Shown here one piece after another: positions 24,236-37,400 of a stretch of DNA of 64,000 bases. The stretch comes from Vicugna vicugna. Lineage: Eukaryota. The stretch's first letter is position 1, and each line of letters begins with the position of its first letter. The translations under genes were made by a program, and so were the position numbers. The notes beneath the pieces were generated by a model. It did no database searches and was not told the origin of the DNA. It saw only the letters and a list, made by a program, of their open reading frames with translations. The stretch spans positions 4,649,146-4,713,145 of the forward strand of contig MU061579.1 in NCBI GenBank assembly GCA_013265495.1, given 5' to 3'.

Positions 24236-25904
24236 TTATAAAGACCACATAGAAATAAGGCCCTTTTATGTTATAATTTGAAATGATAGAACAGCACCTC
24301 CAGTCATGTTTGCTCACTCTTCCTGTCATTTTTATCCTGATGGTGCAGCTTTAAAAGAAGACAGCAGCTGCAGTGAGGATGCAGGTCACAGCAGCTACAT
24401 CCTGTCCTTCCCTTTGTCTGCCAGTCTTGTACCTCTCTTATGGGTCAGTCCCTGCCCTACCCTGCCCACGAGAGCTGGCCTCTTCTTTGTCTCTGCTTTT
24501 GGAAATGATGCCGCTGTCCTAGCTTCTGTCCTCAAATGATTCTTTCTGGATCTTCTGCAAAAACTGTTTCCACATCCTTAAAGTAAAAAAAAAAGAATAA
24601 ATTCAGCTATATGTTTTACTCTGAGCCAGAATTCAACTAAAAAGACAAGAAAAATATCAGCTATTCTTAATCGTAATTGCAACAAATTGATATTTAGTTT
24701 GCATATTTTTATTTGTCTAATATATCAGAGTATCGGGTTTAACTGAATTGGCAGGATATCTGGAACTCCTAATTGCGAGGATAAGAAGTATGAAAGACTA
24801 AGAAGAGATTTTTTTTTCCCTGGGAAGAAGTGGTTTGCTAAGCAAATTAATAATGTAAAAGTTTTTCAGAGCTAATTACAATTCTTTCTTACTTGATCAT
24901 TAAAGCAGTTTCCCTCTGCTAGGCAATATTTTGGTAACCTAGTTTAGTTACAGTGTGCAGTAATAAAACTGAATTTTTAAAAATATGGCCTATTATTCTG
25001 TCATTATATTTCTATTCAGAATGAACATTGCTGAAATTATAAAACATAAATTAAACTTAAAAAATTACCTGACTTTTTACCAAATGCTATTTAAAAAAAA
25101 ATAACTAGAATAAAATTGTCCATTGTAAGTTTTGCTGAATGCTTAACCAAAATTTGAATATCTTGTCCTGGGGTACAGCCTGAGGTTTGGGCAACATGTG
25201 ACTTCAAGATATATATCTGGTCTGAATAATGAAGACTTAAATGTTCTTTTACCTTCATAGATAATGTAAAGAAATGTAACTCTGAACTATCAAGCATGTT
25301 CCTACATCTTCTTTTCGGTTATAATTTAGACCAATATGCAAAACACACATGTCAAATATGAAATCACATTTCAATGCATACGATAATTTCTTTTCTGCCG
25401 TTATGATTGCTAATACTGCAATAATTTTGGCAACCAGAAAGAATCTCACTACGGTCTCCCCAAACTGCTCAGCAAACAGTGATTTGATAATAGAGAGCTA
25501 AGGAGAAGCATAAGAAACTGATCTGAGCATGAAATTCCCTGACATGACTCAAGTCAGGCTAGTAATTTAGCAATGGAGGCTGGCCTGGAGCTGAAGGAAG
25601 AAGCCATCAGGCCAGGTGGTGTATGGAAGGCAGGCTGCTGCTGAGGGTATGGTAATTTCCAGTGCACCGTGTTAGGAGGGCAGGCGAACTTGTCAAACCA
25701 ATTACTGTAGAGCTCAGCAGCAAGATGATCAAAGTCCTGTGGGTGGTGGCACCGCGGCCTGAGGCATCAGTCCATTCTGCCTTGGACAGCTGCCTGTTGC
25801 AAAGCTAGAGACTAGGACTCAGCCCCCAGGAGAACTGGCTGGCAAATACTGGGCAGGCGGCTTGTTTGAGTCCTGTCCAAGTTCACAGTAGTCCATTCCT
25901 CACC

Positions 25905-26180
25905 CACTGACTTGGCTCGACCAAACTTTCGTCAGGTCTCTTTCCTCCCTATAAGCCTCTGAACTCTGGCTCACCCCCAAACTTTGGCCTTTAAGCAAGT
26001 GCTAAAGGGGAGAACACGCTCATTCCAAGAATTGGTGAAGCACAGAAAGAAACATTCCCTGTTGAGCTGTATCCCAGTCAGGCTGTCTGCTGGCCCCTTT
26101 CCACTTGCCCAACTTCCCCTCAAGGTTCTGCTCATCCCTGCTTATCCCTTCCTATAAGAGAAAGGCTTTCTTTTGTTTTT
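25905..26180 (+). mobile_element. ERV1-type LTR fragment (MER31/MER67-group-like)
   Basis: gctcgaccaaactttcgtcagg start motif, shared in degenerate form with the LTRs at 41700 and 56285; cctataagagaaaggcttt TATA-like block. Confidence 0.45.
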
Positions 26181-26399
26181 TCATTTGTTTGGTTTTGGGC
26201 TTTTATCTCCCAGTAAGCATCACTTTACCTTCGTCTGGATTTATGTTTTCCTTGACAGTCTCAGTGATGGGTTGGCCTCATCTTTCCTGGCCCCCAGTAT
26301 TCTCTTGTCTCACTTGCCTTCTTGTCATAATCCATAGCCACCCTGGATGAGTAGCAAATCCAGGAATAAAATCATTTCTTTCAGGTCTGACCTACTTCT

Positions 26400-26755
26400 G
26401 CATATTCTTTAACTCTTTCTGGAATGCTCCCCAATTCATTTCCCCTTTTCTTTCCTAGAAAATTCCTCCTACACTAAGTCTCAGCCTATAAACTTCAGAA
26501 AGTAGCTTCTGATGCATGTGGTTGACTAGATATCTAATAAGCTCGTATCTTTACCAAAGCTTTTTATGCTTAGCCCTCCTGTAGTTATTCCCACGCTGGA
26601 ATACAAATGCCCATTTCCTTCCATCTGCCCTCTTCCTGTCCCTAAGGGTCAGGCCAGTGTCTTATTCATCATTATCTCTCAGCACCTAGCACAGAGCCTA
26701 CCCTATAGTAGTTGCTCATTAATACTTGCTTTAAAATTACCAAATAAATGAGATA
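26400..26755 (+). mobile_element. LINE-2 3' end
   Basis: tgtcttattcatc...cagcacctagcacagagccta...tagttgctcattaatacttg. Confidence 0.7.
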
Positions 26756-27044
26756 ATGAATGCCCAGGACACCCCTAACCCACCATTCACTAGACAACCA
26801 GCATGGCCCATTAACCAAAGCAGAAGACAAATTGTGTAAGAAAAACCTGTACATCAATGGCCAGGAAATCCACAAAAGTAACACCAGGTCCACGGCAGCA
26901 AGACCACATTGAGATCGACCCTGTAACAGTGTGGGCTGACTGAGGCCATGGAAGCAGTCACTGCCTGGGTTCATCCAGGCTTAGAATCTAAGTCGACCCT
27001 GAGTTCTGCAGCCCAGGGCGATGGCAGGAGACGAGTGAGTCAGA

Positions 27045-27081
27045 GGAAGGCACAGAGATGGGAAGGCACAGAGATGGGAAG
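27045..27081. repeat. 16-bp tandem duplication (GGAAGGCACAGAGATG x2.3)
   Basis: Identical units at 27045-27060 and 27061-27076. Confidence 0.95.
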
Positions 27082-28115
27082 TCCAGTCCCGCTCATTGTC
27101 ATTAGTAACTTATCATGTGTTTCATGCTATTTTCACCAACCTGAATATCATTCCAAAGCTATGTCACACCAGTTTATTTTAATTTCCTGTTTTCATCTCT
27201 CCGTTATTCCATCTACCTTTGTTCGATTCAAAAATTTGTGAACAATTCTCAATCCTGATTGGATTCTTTTCTTTTTTTCCTATCTAAGTGGAATCTCCCA
27301 GCATGTGCCTTTTTCTTTTTAAAATTAGCTCAACAGGGATCTTGCATGGGGAAACATTCTGAAACTTTAACCTCTTAAATAAAATTTATAAACTTTTAAT
27401 GAATTCACCACAAAAGAGACTTCTTTTATTATAGTATGAAAACAATGCAGATTGCAAAGCTATGTGATGATAAGATTGGCAAAAGGTTTTAGATGAGTTT
27501 TTTAAGCTGATTAAACTGGGACACCTGCCTCACAAGGTTCACTTAGCATTGGTGTGTGTTTCATCTATTTAGTCAGGTAACAATTGTCTTGTTTAATTGC
27601 ATTAGTGCGTGATTCTCTGACTAGGACAAATAGGATATGCCTTTACAGAGAATAATGTCTCAAGATATTTGTTTATTCCACTTAAAGATAGTATGTATAA
27701 AATATTAATGTAATGTTTATCAAATTAAAAAAAATAATGAGGCATATGCTTATTATTTTTAATGAACTGTAATATATTTTGTTGAAAGTACATTAAATAT
27801 CATAAAAATAAATACAAAGTTTAGAGCAATAATGAAATTCCAAAAGAGCATAATTTTAAAATAGAATTTTGAATATTGAATCATAAGTTGAATTGTTTAC
27901 CATGAGCTTTACTTTGTTCTAAGGGGCTTTGACTATATTTTTGTTGTTGTTGCTAATGTTATCTTGGGACAAAATCTTCTCACAAAGACATGTGATTATT
28001 TGAGATTAGTATGAAATCTTTTTATTATGCAATGGATACTAATTATTGGCATTATTAGTATTTTTTCCTCCTAATTTTTATATAAGTCTATTGGTTTGCA
28101 AGCTGGTCCTGTATA

Positions 28116-28464
28116 TGCAGAACTGAAGAAAGTAGCAGATCACTCCAGATTGGCAGGTGGTAGTTTAGGAAGCAAGAGGATTTACATACGAAGCTTGTTT
28201 TGGGTGGCAGCAAGACCAGTAGATCTCCACACTACCAGTTAAAATGTTAAAGTTTATATAGTGACCTTAAGGCTTCAGTCCAGTCCAAATGGTCTCAGCA
28301 ACACAATACTCCCTCAAGGCTGTGTCCTTGAGCAGCTTCCATCACAGGAAAGACAAGTAGAATGCACATTCCAAGGACAGGAAAAGAGGTGAGAAGCCTT
28401 CCACTGTCCAGATGCAGCTCTGAGGTCAACTGGCATCACATTCTCTCAACTGCCTCCTCCAACA
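28116..28464 (-). mobile_element. Solo LTR (~350 bp)
   Basis: GC-richer island with TG...CA ends (minus strand starts TGTTGGAGGAGG), minus-strand TATATAAA (~28253-28260); no clean TSD. Confidence 0.6.
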
Positions 28465-28799
28465 CAGCCATGTGTAGATTTTACTAAAAAAAATATTTCC
28501 TGCGTGATATCTACTTTGCTCTTTTGAAGATATTTACCAGGGGTAAAATAGCACGTGGTGGAATAGGGAAGGGATAAAAAAATGTACACAACTCTGTCTG
28601 ATTTCTTCCTTTGCTTGTGTCTGGCAGTCAAAGCTAATATTCAAGCATAACCTGGGATGGATGATGAGGGATAGTGTTTCAAGTCCTGCAGGGGAGCAGG
28701 TGGGAGATAAAAGAGATAAGTGCTGTTGATCATGCTTTCTACTCTGTGGCTCGTTACTCCAGTAAGAACAAAATAGAATGAATTGATGATGTCTATGTC

Positions 28800-28930
28800 T
28801 CTCATTTATTTATTTAATCAGTATGTACCGAGTGCCAACTATAGAGGAAACATTGGTCTAAGCATGAGGCATATATCAAAGAAAAAAAAGAAGAAAAATC
28901 ACTCTGTTTCATGAAGTTTAGATTTTCCCA
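28800..28930 (-). mobile_element. LINE-2 3' end
   Basis: tcatttatttatttaatcagtatgtaccgagtgccaactat...catgaagtttagatt. Confidence 0.6.
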
Positions 28931-30151
28931 TCAGCATCACCAAAGTTTTTTTAAATGGTACTTCCCCCAGCCCCAGTCCCAAAGCTGGACTGTGACAGAA
29001 CAATAAATACCCAGCTTCAGTCTGTGAACCATGATAAATGTGCAGGTTGATTCTACACCATGACGAGCAGTTCATCCATGACCAATGAGCATATTTCATA
29101 TATCTATAATATACTCTGAGCATTTATGCTACATATTCTCTTTTTATAATTCCAAATTATAAATCACTGTAAAATGACCTGATTTCTAATCGTACTTCTA
29201 GCCGTTGCTTTAAGCTGCTTGATTTAATTGCTCTTTCGTACTTGCATCTATAAAATGTGAAATGTGAGTGGTAATACAGTGAAATTCAGTTTTTACTGAG
29301 TGGGTCAAGATGAAGATCATTCTGTAAAAGTGGATCTTCCTCAAGGGTGGTGACACAGATGGGCCATTTAACTTAATAACTGTACAGGGGAGTGGGTGGG
29401 AAACATCAGTCCTCCATTCTACTTTAACAATGCGGGGGACAGTACATTTCTGGTTTTATTTCCTCTTGTAGATTTTACCTTTTGTGAGTGAATTATGATG
29501 CAGAACAGCTCAATCAAAAATAACTAAATTAAAGGTCCATAGCACTCTTAAATTTTGCTGTCTGGTCACACATATTGTCAAGCTGTTATTCCCATTAGCA
29601 GAATTGACAAACATGTAAGGACCAGTCCTACTCTTCCTCCCCATCCTTCCTCTTTTCTCTGTCAATATTCTGCTTTCTATTAATACTCTTAAGGCTCTGC
29701 AGAGACCTCAGGCTGAACTGAGTCAAATTTCATGAGACACCTGTTAAAAGGCGTCTCCTTCACATCTCTTAGAGAGGAAAAAGGCCCCCAGGCTGTATTC
29801 TGTTGTAATTCAACGATGTCTGACATGTGGAAAGATTTGAAAGTATTAGTTTTTAAAAAAACAAATGAATGAAAATATAAAATTTTTTTTCTGTAGAAGA
29901 ATATGCTTCTATTAGCAGTCAAGGCTAATGCAGCTTCAGTTTTAATTAATATCCTATATCAGGAGAGCCTGTTTTTTCGCCGGGGTCTAATCAAAATTGA
30001 TTTCTTAAATTTCTTAAAAATACTAACATTTTTGAGGAAGGCTGCTCTTTTTGGATTCCTAATCTAGCATTTACTAAGAAACTGGAAAGAAGGAAGAGGA
30101 AAAGATACCAGATTGCCATAAATGGGTTGACATGTTAGGGTATAAAGTGGA

Positions 30152-30224
30152 ACACTCACGTGCACACACATGCACTCATGCACGTACGTGCACATGCATG
30201 CACATGCACACACATACACACACT
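30152..30224. repeat. Degenerate (CA/TG) alternating purine-pyrimidine tract
   Basis: cacgtgcacacacatgcactcatgcacgtacgtgcacatgcatgcacatgcacacacatacacacac. Confidence 0.85.
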
Positions 30225-31659
30225 CAGAAAGTCATTGTGTGGCGATCAGGAAGAGAAGGTCACATTCAAAGCAGGCTAGTGAATATAAATAGAAAAGAAA
30301 GGTAATCTACTGACAACTTACGATTCAAGTAAAAAAAGTGAGTATATTTCTGAATTTTGCTGTAACTACTAGCAAGTGACAGATAATAAAAATATCTGCA
30401 AAGTTAGGACAGTAGATGAAATATTGATCCTCAGCTGATATATTAAGAAAGGGAAGAGACCTGAAGCAGGATGAAAAGTTAGAAATTCAGTGATCCTGTT
30501 GCTTCTTGTGATAACAAAGCTTGCTGCACATATATTTGTATATGCAGAAGTGACTTGGAAATAAGGGCACGTTAATCCTCCATGGGCAATGTAAACAGTA
30601 GAATTTGATTTGAGGATTCTGTCCAAATGCTGGTCTTGAAAAGGTAAAAAGTTACAGATTTCAATATCAATTTATTCTATTTATAATTATAACAATAAAT
30701 ATATGTAGTGTTAATAAGAACTTCTGCTTATTACTATTTAGTAACATTATAGATGTCATCTCTAAAGCCATACTGGAAGTTCTATAAAACAGATATATTT
30801 ATTCCCCATTCATAAAGTAAGAGATTTCCTAAAGAACATTTTGTTGTCTTAATTTTTGTTTTTGGTACTTCAGTACTTCTCTAGGGCACTATTTCAGGAA
30901 AGAAAAATGTGGCTTTGCCTAAACTATAATGCAAAATACTTAAATATTACTACACTCAGAATGATATTAGCAGAACTTTAAATGTGCTTTCATCTTAGTT
31001 TCTATAAAAAAATGCCAACTTAAATTTAGTCAATATTTCTGTTGAGTTTTTAAAATCAATTCTTTATTACTATCTCTACTATGTTTAGATAACTGAAGAA
31101 AAAATGCTACTTTTTGGTTTCAAAATTTGGATTATAAGAAGAATATTATCCTTGTACAGAGCAGATCTGTTTAGAATCACTTCTTCCTGCTTCATTCATG
31201 TATATGTGTGGGTTTTGGGGTACCTTTATGTAAGATTACATGTATTTTTTCAAGAAGGAAGATTGTCTTGACTTCTTCATGGACTTCAAGAAGAACCTAG
31301 GCCTGATCTATTTCCATTGTAAACATTAAACCATCATAGGCTCACCTGACTTCTCAGGAAATCCTGGGCTCTTCTTTCAAAATTGTGGACATTGTGAGAA
31401 AGCATACAGTTATAAGTATTTTTTATCAAAGCGAGTCACACAGTTCATTTCAAGGATGAGTTCTTGGATTATACGTTTTTTGGGGGTATGTGGCAATCTG
31501 GTCTATTTTCCTCTTCCTAGTTTTCAATTTACCATTAAATGCTAGGTCAAGAATCCAAAGCTAGCAGCCTTCCTCAGTTAAAAAATAGTCCTTAATTCCA
31601 TGCATATATTCATTCTTCTACAACATTAAAGAATTGAAATGTAACTTCTTGCTATACAC

Positions 31660-31800
31660 AAATGCATATGAATATATGTATGTGCATACGATGTCTGTAG
31701 ATACGTATGTATATTGTGTGTACACACGTCTGTACACATGTATGTACATTGTATGTACACACATACATTAATCATACACATATGATACATATATATTATC
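31660..31800. repeat. Low-complexity (TATG/TACA) tract
   Basis: Degenerate tatgtatgtgcatac...tgtacacatgtatgtac repeats. Confidence 0.75.
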
Positions 31801-33072
31801 ACACTACTTTTTTGTTTACTTTAAGATGCTTTCCCTTTATTTTAATGAAGGAACCATAGCAAGTAGTCTAAAATACTCATTTTAAAAACTTCATTGAAAT
31901 TCTACTGTTTCTTATTACTCTCATTTCTCTATGCCAAGGAACATTTTTAATTAAGGTTATAGGCATCCAGGGTCATTAATAATCTGCAGATTAATTGCCA
32001 CCACATGATTGTAAGATGGCTACTCCAGAAAGGTTATAAATTATGTTTAAGTTCTAAATGCTAGGCCATTCAAACTGAATAGAAAAATAGTTGGGGCTGA
32101 TTAGTGGAGAAAATGGAGGGAAAATGAAGGAAAGAAAATAAATAATTAAAAAGTCAATGTTACTTAAAAGATGCTAGGTTAACTATTCTATTTTACCTAT
32201 TTTGGTAAATTTATAGCTGTGAAAAATTTACTAAATATAAAAATGATGAGTCAACTCACTTGCCTTTAGAAATATCTATATATTCAGATAGAGGTATTAT
32301 TGTGTTGTTTTATTCTAATTTTTTCATAAAGTCTTATAACTTACAAACTATGTTATCATCTTAAAATTCAAGAATCAATTATATAAGAAATACATGTAAT
32401 TTCAAATTTTCCAATACCATGTGTGTATAATGAAAAATAATGTCAGCATTTTTTAGAGTCTCACCATGTATCTTGTCTTGTTAAATAAAATTTCTCCTAA
32501 TGGTATCTTCTATTTCTATCAGCTACACAATGTTATCTGTAAAATTTTGTTTTTAATGATCTGTTCTAACACTTCCAGTACTAACTTCCATATTCCAAGA
32601 TCAGTTTTAACTTGAGGAATATTACTATGCCCATCTTAAATTTGTTCCCTATGGGCCTTGATCAGAAGAGCTGGTCTTTATATGATCATAGGAGTTATAC
32701 ATAGAATTTTAGAGCAGGTTATAATAACCCAATGGTAATATGTTTTTTTTTCCATTTCCTTCTATTTCCAAATAACTTTTACTGAAAGAAAAAGAATGTG
32801 ATTCTATACAAACTTATAATAAAACAAAAAATTAGAGCAGAAATATTTCACCTAAGAATGTCAGATGACTACATCTCCAATGTTTATAAGTGATAGTGGT
32901 AAGGCTAGGAATTAGTATTAAAGTGCAAGTAACTAAGTCAGTTACATTAAAATTCTATTTTATACATACATACATACATATTGAGGGGGAAAAGGGGTAA
33001 ATAGATTAAAAAAACAATGAAACAAAAAGATCAATTTTATTCTTTTGAATAGTCCTAACAGAAAGCCATTTT

Positions 33073-34112
33073 ATAGCTTTATTGAGATGTATTTTGTATA
33101 CCGCAAAATTTACCCAGCTGAAGTGTGCAAACAGGTCAGTAGTTTTTAGTATAATCACAGAATTGTGCAGCTATCCCTACAATACAACTGCAGCATATTC
33201 CAACAACCCCTCAAAGTAGTCTTATACGTATTAGCAGTCATTCCCCTTTCTCATTCTCCTCTCCAACTCCTCTTCCCACGCACCGCCAGCTCTAGGCAAA
33301 CACTAATCTCCTTTCCGTCTCTGTGCATTTGCCTAATCTGAAAATTTCACACAAATAGCGTAATACATTTTGTGATCATTTATAATTAGCTCCTTTCACT
33401 TAGCAGGATGTTTTCAAAGTTCATCCATGGGATAGTACTTATTGATACTTTAATCTCCTTTATTGCCAAAAATAGCCCTTTATACATATATACCAAGTTT
33501 TGTTTATCCATTCATCTGCAGATTGACATTTAAGTTGCTCCCATGTTTTGTCTAATTTGAGTAATGCTTTTATGAATATCTGTGTACAAGTTTTTGCATA
33601 AGTATGTTTTCATTTCTCTTGGGTTCATACCTAGTAACTGGATTGCTGGGTCATAAGGTAACTCCACGTGTAGCATTTTGAGGAATTGTCAAACTCTTTT
33701 GCCAAGTGACTGAACCACTTTAAATTCCTACCCAAAATTTATAAGGTCATCAACAATTTATAAAATTTCTAAAAATTGTTATTTTCTGTTTTTTATTATA
33801 ACCCTTCTAATGAGTATGAGTGTAGTATCCCGTTGCAATTTACATCTGCATTTTACTAATGATGTTAAACATCTATTCATGTGCTCATTGGCTATATGTA
33901 TATCTGTCTATATATGTATATATATATATATATAAAAAATATATCTTTGGAGAAAGTATTTATTTGAATAATTTCCTCATTTTTGATTTGGATTATTTGT
34001 CTGTGTTGTTAGAGTTCTTTTTAAATTCTCAGAATATGTTTTTGTTAGACATATGATTTGTAAATATTTTCTCCTGTGGATTAATTTTTTCACTTTCTAT
34101 ATGGTGGCCTTT
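33073..34112 (-). mobile_element. Old LINE-1 (L1MB-like) 3' end
   Basis: agctttattgagatg...aaaatttaccc...gtttttagtata...cacagaattgtgca; ctttcacttagca...gttcatccatg; ggattgctgggtcata. Confidence 0.85.
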
Positions 34113-34264
34113 TATTAATACTATACAGTAATAAACTAGTCTATTTTACTTCCTCGAAATCTTAGTTTGTCACATATCTACATAAGGAACAATCAAGAAG
34201 GTCATTTCCTAATTATGAAACCAAATGGAAATTTCCAGTGATCCTAAGCTTTGGTATCTCTATG

Positions 34265-34762
34265 CATGTATTAGAACTATATATTGTGAATTTGGTTAGC
34301 CTGGAACTCTGTTTCCCAGAATCCTCTTCCCTGGATAGTTCCTTGTGAACATTAGTCTATACAGATAGTTGTAAGGCATTTGGAAAAATAGAAGTGAAGC
34401 TGTGGCTATTGCTTCATGGAAGTATAGGTAAGGTGTTCTATGTAGACATAGGACACCTCCACTCACATCCAGAGCTTCCTCTGATTGCTGACCCCGATAC
34501 CCAACAGTGGCTCCAAACAGACACTTGACTTGGGACCGAGGGACTTCCCCTGTAGATTTACCTAGAAGCTTTGTGGCCCCGCTTTGTCTGGTCATGCTTG
34601 GCTTCTCAGAATGAGTGGCTGGTGATTCTTTTAATCTTTCAACTCCCCTTCTGGGCCTGTAGTTCTTCATCTTTCACAACTGTGCATGATCTAATTCCTT
34701 TTTTTTAATCCCTCACCCCATATCTCCTGGAGGTCTGCTTCCCTGATTAAGCCCTTTGACAT
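34265..34762 (+). mobile_element. ERVL LTR (LTR41-like)
   Basis: ggttagcctggaactctgtttcccagaatcctcttccctg...tttggaaaaatagaagtgaagc and 3' tctgcttccctgattaagccc. Confidence 0.7.
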
Positions 34763-34847
34763 TCAGCATTGACAGTGCTGTCAATCAATACATTAGTTAG
34801 ATAATCTTTGTCCTTGGCCTGTGTAACACTAAACTGTGTTTTAAAAT

Positions 34848-34912
34848 TTCTTCCTCCTTTCCCCCTCCCTTCCTTCCTTCCTTTTTTTCTTTCTTTTCTT
34901 CTTTTATCTCTT
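34848..34912. repeat. CT-rich low-complexity tract
   Basis: ttcctcctttccccctcccttccttccttcctttttttctttctt. Confidence 0.8.
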
Positions 34913-34979
34913 TAACAGCTTTTTCTCTCATAATTTACCTGTTATCTCTTCCTCTTTGTACCCTCTGAGTATAAACGAA

Positions 34980-35580
34980 TCTTTGGTTCATTGTTTATCT
35001 TTATATTTTCTCTCTCAAAGAACTTATCCTTTCCCCTGGTTTCAAGTTTTAATTTTATGTTGATTTCAAATCCAAGTGAGCTCAGTTTCATATTTCAAAC
35101 TCCCTTCTAAGCACTATCACTTGAGTGTGTCACGATTCCAACACAGCACATGAAATATAAAACAAATTAACTCCCTCTCTCTTTCACTAGCACAACACCC
35201 CTTCTACTTTTTGTCAGCTGCATCCATCACTTTATTCCATTCATCGTCTTTACTTGCCTCACTCACCCTCAGACTGAGAGTACTATAACAAACTCAGTTT
35301 CCCTATTTCTCTTTCTTCTCTTTTCTAAACAACCTTGCATAAATTTCCAGAATATGTTAAGATAAACAAAAATTTATCTCACACTCTTGCTCAGAAATCT
35401 TCTTTTATGTTTTCTTTCTTAATGTATTTTATATCTACATCTTTCCAAATTTATATAGCAGCACTGTCCAGAATCGATCCTGGACACAGAAATTACAATA
35501 ATGTCCTTTCTGAACTTGACATTCATTCCTACCTCTCAGGATTTACTCATGCTGTTTCCTTTTACCAAAATTTCTTTCTT
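34980..35580 (+). mobile_element. LINE-2 fragments
   Basis: ccctggtttcaagt...tatgttgatttcaaatc...cacttgagtgtgtcac; cctcaggatttactcatgctgtttcct-like block. Confidence 0.45.
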
Positions 35581-36699
35581 TTTCTTTATTGGTATTGCAT
35601 TCTTTCTTTAGTCACCACATTTTTTCTACTATAGCTTTAGCATTCCAAAATTTTAAACTTTTTAAAATTATTTTATGTTTGACTAGATTTAATTGATAAA
35701 TACTGATTTCTGTTCTTTTTAAAGAAAAACTTGTAGGTTTTCTATTCCTGAATGTTTTCAAATTTGAGAATGTCTGTCTTTTGATTTAAATGGTAACTTT
35801 TAGGCATAATTTTCTTGGACTTCTTTTGTTTTTATAATTTTATTGATTCTGTTGTTTTCTATAATTGGGCTTCTATAAAAAATATTGGAGAAATTGTGCA
35901 TCTACCTTCCTTTTTCTTTCTTTTTTATTTAGTATTTACTCCTCTGGATGTCAATTTTTTTAATTTACTTTTGGCATAATCTTAATAATCATCTATTTTG
36001 GTGTTTAGAATGTTGAAATTTGGGATGCAGGAAGAGCTCTCTATTATGTCAGCCACGGTGCACTCTTCATTGTATCATCCATAATTTGCTTTTGATTTTG
36101 AGGATTTGTTAAATACTTTAGGCCAAAGATACATCTAGTTAGTTAGGACTGTGTGTAGCCTGCTTCAGTATACATTTCATGGCTTTGAATTTACTGCACA
36201 ACTCAATGCATAGCACTGGGGCTTTGACTTACCAGAGAGTTACCCCAGTCATTTACTTTCCGTGTTTCACCAGTGACTTCCACAAAGCTATTTCTTCTAT
36301 TATCTAGATATAAAACAGACATAACAAGAATATCCGTGAAGATGGATGATTTTCAGTTTTGGGGCTGTCAGTGAGAATTTTGTTCTACACACCAGTGTGG
36401 CTTCTAGGTATGGGAATATGACCCGAAACCTTTCCACAGTGTTCATACTGTCTTATTCATTTCTTTCTCTCTTTCTCTCTCTCTCTCTCCTTTCCAGTCT
36501 CTCTCTCTCTCCAACCACCACTTACTGAAGTTGATGTGACCCTTCTTTGAATAGGTCCTAGTGGTGAAAAAATGTGTGTTTATAAATATGTAAAGGCGTT
36601 TTAGTTCGTTAAGTATCAAATGAGTACAATTTGGCTGGGTAGTTAGACCCTTTTCTCTTAAGAATATTCATGTATATAATTTTTAATATGCTCATTTTT

Positions 36700-36953
36700 T
36701 AGGTTTACTTATTTATATATTTTTAATCTTTATTTTTTATATATTTTTATTGAAGTATAGTCAGTTTACAACATTGTGTCAGTTTCTGGTGTACAGCGCA
36801 ATGCTTCAGTCATATAGGAATATACATGTATCTGTTTTCATATTCTTTTTCACCAAAGGTTACTATTGAAAATAGTTCCCTGTGCTATACAGTATGAACT
36901 TGTTGTTTATCTATTTTATGTATATTAGTTAGTATCTGCAAATCTAGAACTCC
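36700..36953 (-). mobile_element. Short young LINE-1 3' UTR insertion
   Basis: ttttattgaagtatagtcagtttacaacattgtgtcagtttctggtgtacagc...ttccctgtgctatacagta; homologous to 15800-16010. Confidence 0.85.
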
Positions 36954-37044
36954 ATTTGTTGATGCCAGTCAGATACAACTATCTTAAGAGCTATATCTGT
37001 TACATTTTATATTTTTATGCTATTTAGTCCAGGATGGCTTATTT

Positions 37045-37400
37045 TTTCTCACAGAATAGGCTATGTTATGTTTCGGTAACAAGCAACACCAGAATCTCAG
37101 TGGCATTACAGCCAAAGATTATGTTTTGCTCATGTTTCGCCATGTCAAGTTTGAGTGACTTTCCAGGATGGCTAACTTCCATATTATGGCACAAAATTCT
37201 GGACTGCTCTCATCTCATGGCAACTCTCTATCACCTACCATGATTACTGCAGAAATGCAGGAGGGAAGGCTACAACTTGTAGGCAGGCTTCATTGCTCAA
37301 AGGAAAGTATGTGGTAATACCTTCTTCAAGGATATGGGAACATGTAATCCCCTCTCGTGCCCAGGAGGAGAGGAGGATGAGAATTAGTGGTGAGCAGCAT
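37045..37400 (-). mobile_element. MaLR (MLT1-type) LTR
   Basis: aggctatgttatg...gtaacaagcaacaccagaatctcagtggcattaca...gggaacatgtaatccc. Confidence 0.6.

Noticed and set aside
34296..34670. Longest ORF (124 aa)
   Set aside because: Lies antisense within an LTR41-like element, with no recognisable domain
34768..34785. Inverted repeat ATTGACAG-tg-CTGTCAAT
   Set aside because: Only an 8-bp stem at an LTR edge; expected by chance in 64 kb
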